This document shows, in pieces, positions 9,301 to 11,444 of a stretch of 11,444 bases of DNA; position 1 is the first letter of the stretch, and each line of letters begins with the position of its first letter. The position numbers were made by a program, and so were the translations under genes. This DNA is from a virus (taxonomy: Duplodnaviria > Heunggongvirae > Uroviricota > Caudoviricetes). The notes beneath the pieces were generated by a model that was not told the origin of the DNA, did not search any database, and worked only from the letters and a program-made list of their open reading frames with translations. The stretch is taken from IMG/VR virus record IMGVR_UViG_2693429635_000028. One strand, written 5' to 3'.

Positions 9301-9775
9301 TACCCACAGCGCCAGCGCATCCAGTACGGATTTGGGGACGAAAACCACATCGTCGTTTGATTACGGCACTAAATCCACGAATAACACTGGTGCGCATACC
9401 CATAGTTTAAGTGGCAGCACGAATGCAGCTGGTAATCACAGCCATAGAGATGGCCGTCGATTTAACCCCAGTGTTTTTAAAGATACTTATCAATATGGTT
9501 ATACAAGCTCAGGTCAAAATACCTGGGGTGTACAAGGCTCAGTAGGTATGTCTACGGGGTGGTTAGCGAATACCAGTACAGATGGTAATCATAGCCATTC
9601 ACTGTCCGGCACAGCAGCATCTGCAGGTGCACACGCGCATACTGTCGGTATTGGTGCTCATACGCACTCCGTTGCGATTGGTTCACATGGACACACCATC
9701 ACCGTTAACGCTGCTGGTAACGCGGAAAACACCGTCAAAAACATCGCATTTAACTATATTGTGAGGCTTGCATAA
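6377..9775 (+). CDS. stf: Side tail fibre protein Stf, long intact form (~1132 aa from the ATG at 6377; the ORF track extends to the GTG at 6371)
   Basis: N-terminus [26 protein letters not shown]... matches lambda Stf (orf-401) as I recall it. Long Ala/Ser-rich repeat region. C-terminus with repeated HxH motifs and ...[26 protein letters not shown], as at the lambda Stf / T4 gp37-type fibre tip. Stop TAA overlaps the tfa ATG (ATAATG). Confidence 0.9.
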   Translation: MAVKISGVLKDGTGKPVQNCTIQLKAKRNSTTVVVNTLASENPDEAGRYSMDVEYGQYSVILLVEGFPPSHAGTITVYEDSRPGTLNDFLGAMTEDDARPEALRRFELMVEEVARNASAVAQNTAAVKKSASDASTSAREAATHATDAAGSARAASTSAGQAASSAQSASSSAGTASTKASEASKSAAAAESSKSAAATSAAAAKTSETNAAASQQSAATSASAATTKASEAATSARDAAASKEAAKSSETNASSSASSAASSATAAANSAKAAKTSETNARSSETAAGQSASAAAGSKTAAASSASAASTSAGQASASATAAGKSAESAASSASTATTKAGEATEQASAAARSASAAKTSETNAKASETSAESSKTAAASSASSAASSASSASASKDEATRQASAAKGSATTASTKATEAAGSATAAAQSKSTAESAVTRAETAAKRAEDIASAVALEDASTTKKGIVQLSSATNSTSETLAATPKAVKSAYDNAEKRLQKDQNGADIPDKGRFLNNINAVSKTDFADKRGMRYVRVNAPAGAISGKYYPVVVMRSAGSVSELASRVIITTATRTAGDPMNNCEFNGFVMPGGWTDRGRYAYGMFWQYQNNERAIHSIMMSNKGDDLRSVFYVDGAAFPVFAFIEDGLSISAPGADLVVNDTTYKFGATNPATECIAADVILDFKSGRGFYESHSLIVNDNLSCKKLFATDEIVARGGNQIRMIGGEYGALWRNDGAKTYLLLTNQGDVYGGWNTLRPFAIDNATGELVIGTKLSASLNGNALTATKLQTPRRVSGVEFDGSKDITLTAAHVAAFARRATDTYADADGGVPWNAESGAYNVTRSGDSYILVNFYTGVGSCRTLQMKAHYRNGGLFYRSSRDGYGFEEDWAEVYTSKNLPPESYPVGAPIPWPSDTVPSGYALMQGQTFDKSAYPKLAAAYPSGVIPDLRGWTIKGKPASGRAVLSQEQDGIKSHTHSASASSTDLGTKTTSSFDYGTKSTNNTGAHTHSLSGSTNAAGNHSHRDGRRFNPSVFKDTYQYGYTSSGQNTWGVQGSVGMSTGWLANTSTDGNHSHSLSGTAASAGAHAHTVGIGAHTHSVAIGSHGHTITVNAAGNAENTVKNIAFNYIVRLA
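6730..7730 (+). repeat. Low-complexity Ala/Ser/Thr-rich coding repeat inside stf, with a recurring A-A-K-T/S-S-E-T-N-A motif (4 copies)
   Basis: Motif copies at about 6988-7014, 7116-7139, 7200-7223 and 7452-7475 (AAKTSETNA / AAKSSETNA). The composition generates long spurious ORFs in other frames and on the opposite strand. Confidence 0.8.
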
Positions 9776-10359
9776 TGGCATTCAGAATGAGTGAACAAGC
9801 ACGGACCATAAAAATTTATAATCTGCTGGCCGGAACTAATGAATTTATTGGTGAAGGTGATGCATATATTCCGCCTCATACAGGTCTGCCAGCAAACAGT
9901 ACCGATATTGCACCACCAGATATTCCTGCTGGCTTTGTGGCTGTTTTCAACAGTGATGAGGCATCGTGGCATCTCGTTGAAGACCATCGGGGTAAAACGG
10001 TTTATGACGTAGCGTCAGGGGACGAGTTATTTATTTCTGAACTCGGTCCGTTACCGGAAAATGTTACCTGGTTATCGCCGGAAGGGGAGTTTCAGAAGTG
10101 GAACGGCACAGCCTGGGTGAAAGATGCAGAAGCAGAAAAACTGTTCCGGATCCGAGAGGCGGAAGAAATAAAAAACAGCCTGATGCAGGTAGCCAGTGAG
10201 CATATTGCGCCACTTCAGGATGCTGTAGATCTGGAAATCGCAACGGAGGAAGAAACCTCATTGCTGGAAGCCTGGAAAAAGTATCGGGTGTTGCTGAACC
10301 GTGTTGATACATCAACTGCACCTGATATTGAGTGGCCTACGAACCCTGTCAGGGAGTAA
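9775..10359 (+). CDS. tfa: Tail fibre assembly protein Tfa (chaperone for Stf)
   Basis: 194-aa ORF, the same length as lambda Tfa and closely matching it as recalled ([78 protein letters not shown]...). Start is translationally coupled to the stf stop. Confidence 0.95.
   Translation: MAFRMSEQARTIKIYNLLAGTNEFIGEGDAYIPPHTGLPANSTDIAPPDIPAGFVAVFNSDEASWHLVEDHRGKTVYDVASGDELFISELGPLPENVTWLSPEGEFQKWNGTAWVKDAEAEKLFRIREAEEIKNSLMQVASEHIAPLQDAVDLEIATEEETSLLEAWKKYRVLLNRVDTSTAPDIEWPTNPVRE
10195..10314 (+). repeat. Direct repeat copy 1 (tfa 3' coding segment), about 89% identical to 11244-11363
   Basis: Manual alignment: 13 mismatches over 120 nt between 10195-10314 and 11244-11363, same orientation. Confidence 0.85.
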
Positions 10360-10373
10360 TCATTGGGATTATG

Positions 10374-10406
10374 CCGCAGCACGTCTTAAGCAAGAACGTG
10401 CTGCGG
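10374..10406. promoter_or_regulatory. Perfect 11-bp inverted repeat (CCGCAGCACGT ... ACGTGCTGCGG, 11-nt loop) between the convergent tfa and methyltransferase genes; possible bidirectional terminator or RNA-processing hairpin
   Basis: Read directly: ccgcagcacgt-cttaagcaaga-acgtgctgcgg. There is no adjacent U-tract on either strand (the T6 run at 10417-10422 is 10 nt away), so it is not a canonical intrinsic terminator. Confidence 0.4.
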
Positions 10407-10413
10407 TTGGATG

Positions 10414-11082
10414 CTATTTTTTCCCTGAAGCGGAAAACATTACTACAGTACCTTGAACCTTGGTTTTAACATTCTCGAAATGCTCTGAGAGTATATGTGT
10501 TAAGCCTTCTTCGGAATCTTTTGTGTTTGAAAAGATGCCTTTCTGATTGTAAATGCGCATCAGTTTTTGACCGAAGCTATTGTGCACAACTCCATCGCCA
10601 AGAATTGTGGCTCCGTATAGAGTTCCATCGTCAGTTAAGGCCTGCGCCGCATTGCGTATTACACAGCTTTTTGTAGATATATTTCCAGGCAGGCAGTGAA
10701 GAAGGTAAAACATGGAAATGGAATCAAATTGACCATGTAACGCCGCGGGATAAGGTTCAAAAACATCATGGCTAATTTTATGTTTAATTTTTGATTCCCC
10801 AGCCCTTGTAGATGCCGCGTTCAGGCTAGCTTCGTTCAAATCCATTAAAGATATCAGACTACTCTCAGGTACGTGAGTAAGGTAAAACCCAGTTCCAACA
10901 CCAATATCCAGATGGTTGTTACCTAAATGTTCCAGAAAGTGTGGAAGAAGGTGTTCCTTTGTAGGACATCCCCATGCAAGCCGATTTGATACTCCCAAAA
11001 CCCACCAGTCATAAAGCTTTAGGGTAAGTGGTGTGTAAATTTTAGCCCCATCATCTGTGTTTTTTTTCATTAATTTCACCAT
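10414..11082 (-). CDS. Putative class I SAM-dependent methyltransferase encoded by a low-GC moron (222 aa; the true start may be the internal ATG at 11070, which has a GGTGA SD)
   Basis: Motif I-like HLDIGVGTGFY followed about 20 aa later by an acidic residue (LISLMDLNEAS), consistent with a Rossmann-fold SAM-binding site. Markedly more AT-rich than the flanking tail genes. Opposite strand to the tail operon. By recollection only (unverified), similar cassettes such as ybcY in E. coli DLP12 sit between tfa copies. Confidence 0.6.
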   Translation of the reverse strand: MVKLMKKNTDDGAKIYTPLTLKLYDWWVLGVSNRLAWGCPTKEHLLPHFLEHLGNNHLDIGVGTGFYLTHVPESSLISLMDLNEASLNAASTRAGESKIKHKISHDVFEPYPAALHGQFDSISMFYLLHCLPGNISTKSCVIRNAAQALTDDGTLYGATILGDGVVHNSFGQKLMRIYNQKGIFSNTKDSEEGLTHILSEHFENVKTKVQGTVVMFSASGKK

Positions 11083-11138
11083 GTTATAGTTTTATTTGTG
11101 AATTAAATCAATTATGGCGATGAATTACAAGGGGTTAA

Positions 11139-11444
11139 ATGCTGCCGCAGCATAGCGATATTGAAATAGCCTGGTATGCTTCGATACAACAGGAGCCGAA
11201 TGGCTGGAAGACCGTCACCACACAGTTCTACATCCAGGAATTCAGTGAGTATATTGCGCCACTGCAGGATGCTGTAGATCTGGAAATCGCAACGGAGGAA
11301 GAAAGATCGTTGCTGGAGGCATGGAATAAATATCGGGTATTGTTGAATCGAGTTGATACATCAGTAGCTCTGGGTATGAAGCTGTTTGTAACTCATGTTA
11401 CAGTAACAGTCATTACTATCTCGAAGGTGCAAAATGTATATTGA
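11139..11444 (+). CDS. Truncated/remnant tail fibre assembly (Tfa-like) protein, 101 aa, probably a relic of a second tfa copy
   Basis: The internal segment [39 protein letters not shown] is near-identical to Tfa residues encoded at 10195-10314. N- and C-terminal flanks are unrelated to Tfa. SD-like AAGGGG upstream of the ATG at 11139. The stop coincides with the window end. Confidence 0.55.
   Translation: MLPQHSDIEIAWYASIQQEPNGWKTVTTQFYIQEFSEYIAPLQDAVDLEIATEEERSLLEAWNKYRVLLNRVDTSVALGMKLFVTHVTVTVITISKVQNVY
11244..11363 (+). repeat. Direct repeat copy 2 (inside the tfa-like remnant), about 89% identical to 10195-10314
   Basis: Same alignment as copy 1. Similarity ends abruptly after ...GTTGATACATCA in both copies. 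Confidence 0.85.

Noticed and set aside
10360-11444. Invertible tail-fibre segment (Gin/Pin/Cin-type shufflon) involving the two tfa copies
   Set aside because: The two tfa-related segments are direct, not inverted, repeats. No DNA invertase gene and no hix/gix-like crossover sites were seen in the window.
1-11444. CRISPR arrays, tRNA/rRNA genes, integrase or attachment sites, IS elements
   Set aside because: No regularly spaced direct repeats, no cloverleaf-like or rRNA-like segments and no transposase or integrase-like ORFs were found in the six-frame track. The window appears to be entirely phage structural genes plus one moron.

Overview
This window is the distal part of the late (tail morphogenesis) operon of a lambda-like (lambdoid) prophage, almost certainly from Escherichia/Shigella. 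Everything below comes from reading the supplied ORF translations and the sequence by eye; no searches were run. On the + strand, in lambda order: the 3' end of M, then L, a disrupted K locus, I, J (1165 aa, with a C-terminal host-range region that differs from lambda J as I recall it), a Lom/Ail-family outer-membrane protein gene bracketed by two intrinsic terminators, a long intact side tail fibre gene stf, and tfa. Downstream of tfa lies a low-GC accessory ('moron') gene on the opposite strand encoding a putative class I SAM-dependent methyltransferase, followed by a second, truncated tfa-like ORF that repeats about 120 bp of the tfa 3' end. I see no rRNA, tRNA, CRISPR array, integrase or IS element. 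The most interesting points are the K locus, which is split across two reading frames and lacks the segment that in lambda carries the K start codon and the JAB/MPN HxH motif; the mosaic J and Stf receptor-recognition modules; and the orphan methyltransferase cassette flanked by tfa direct repeats.
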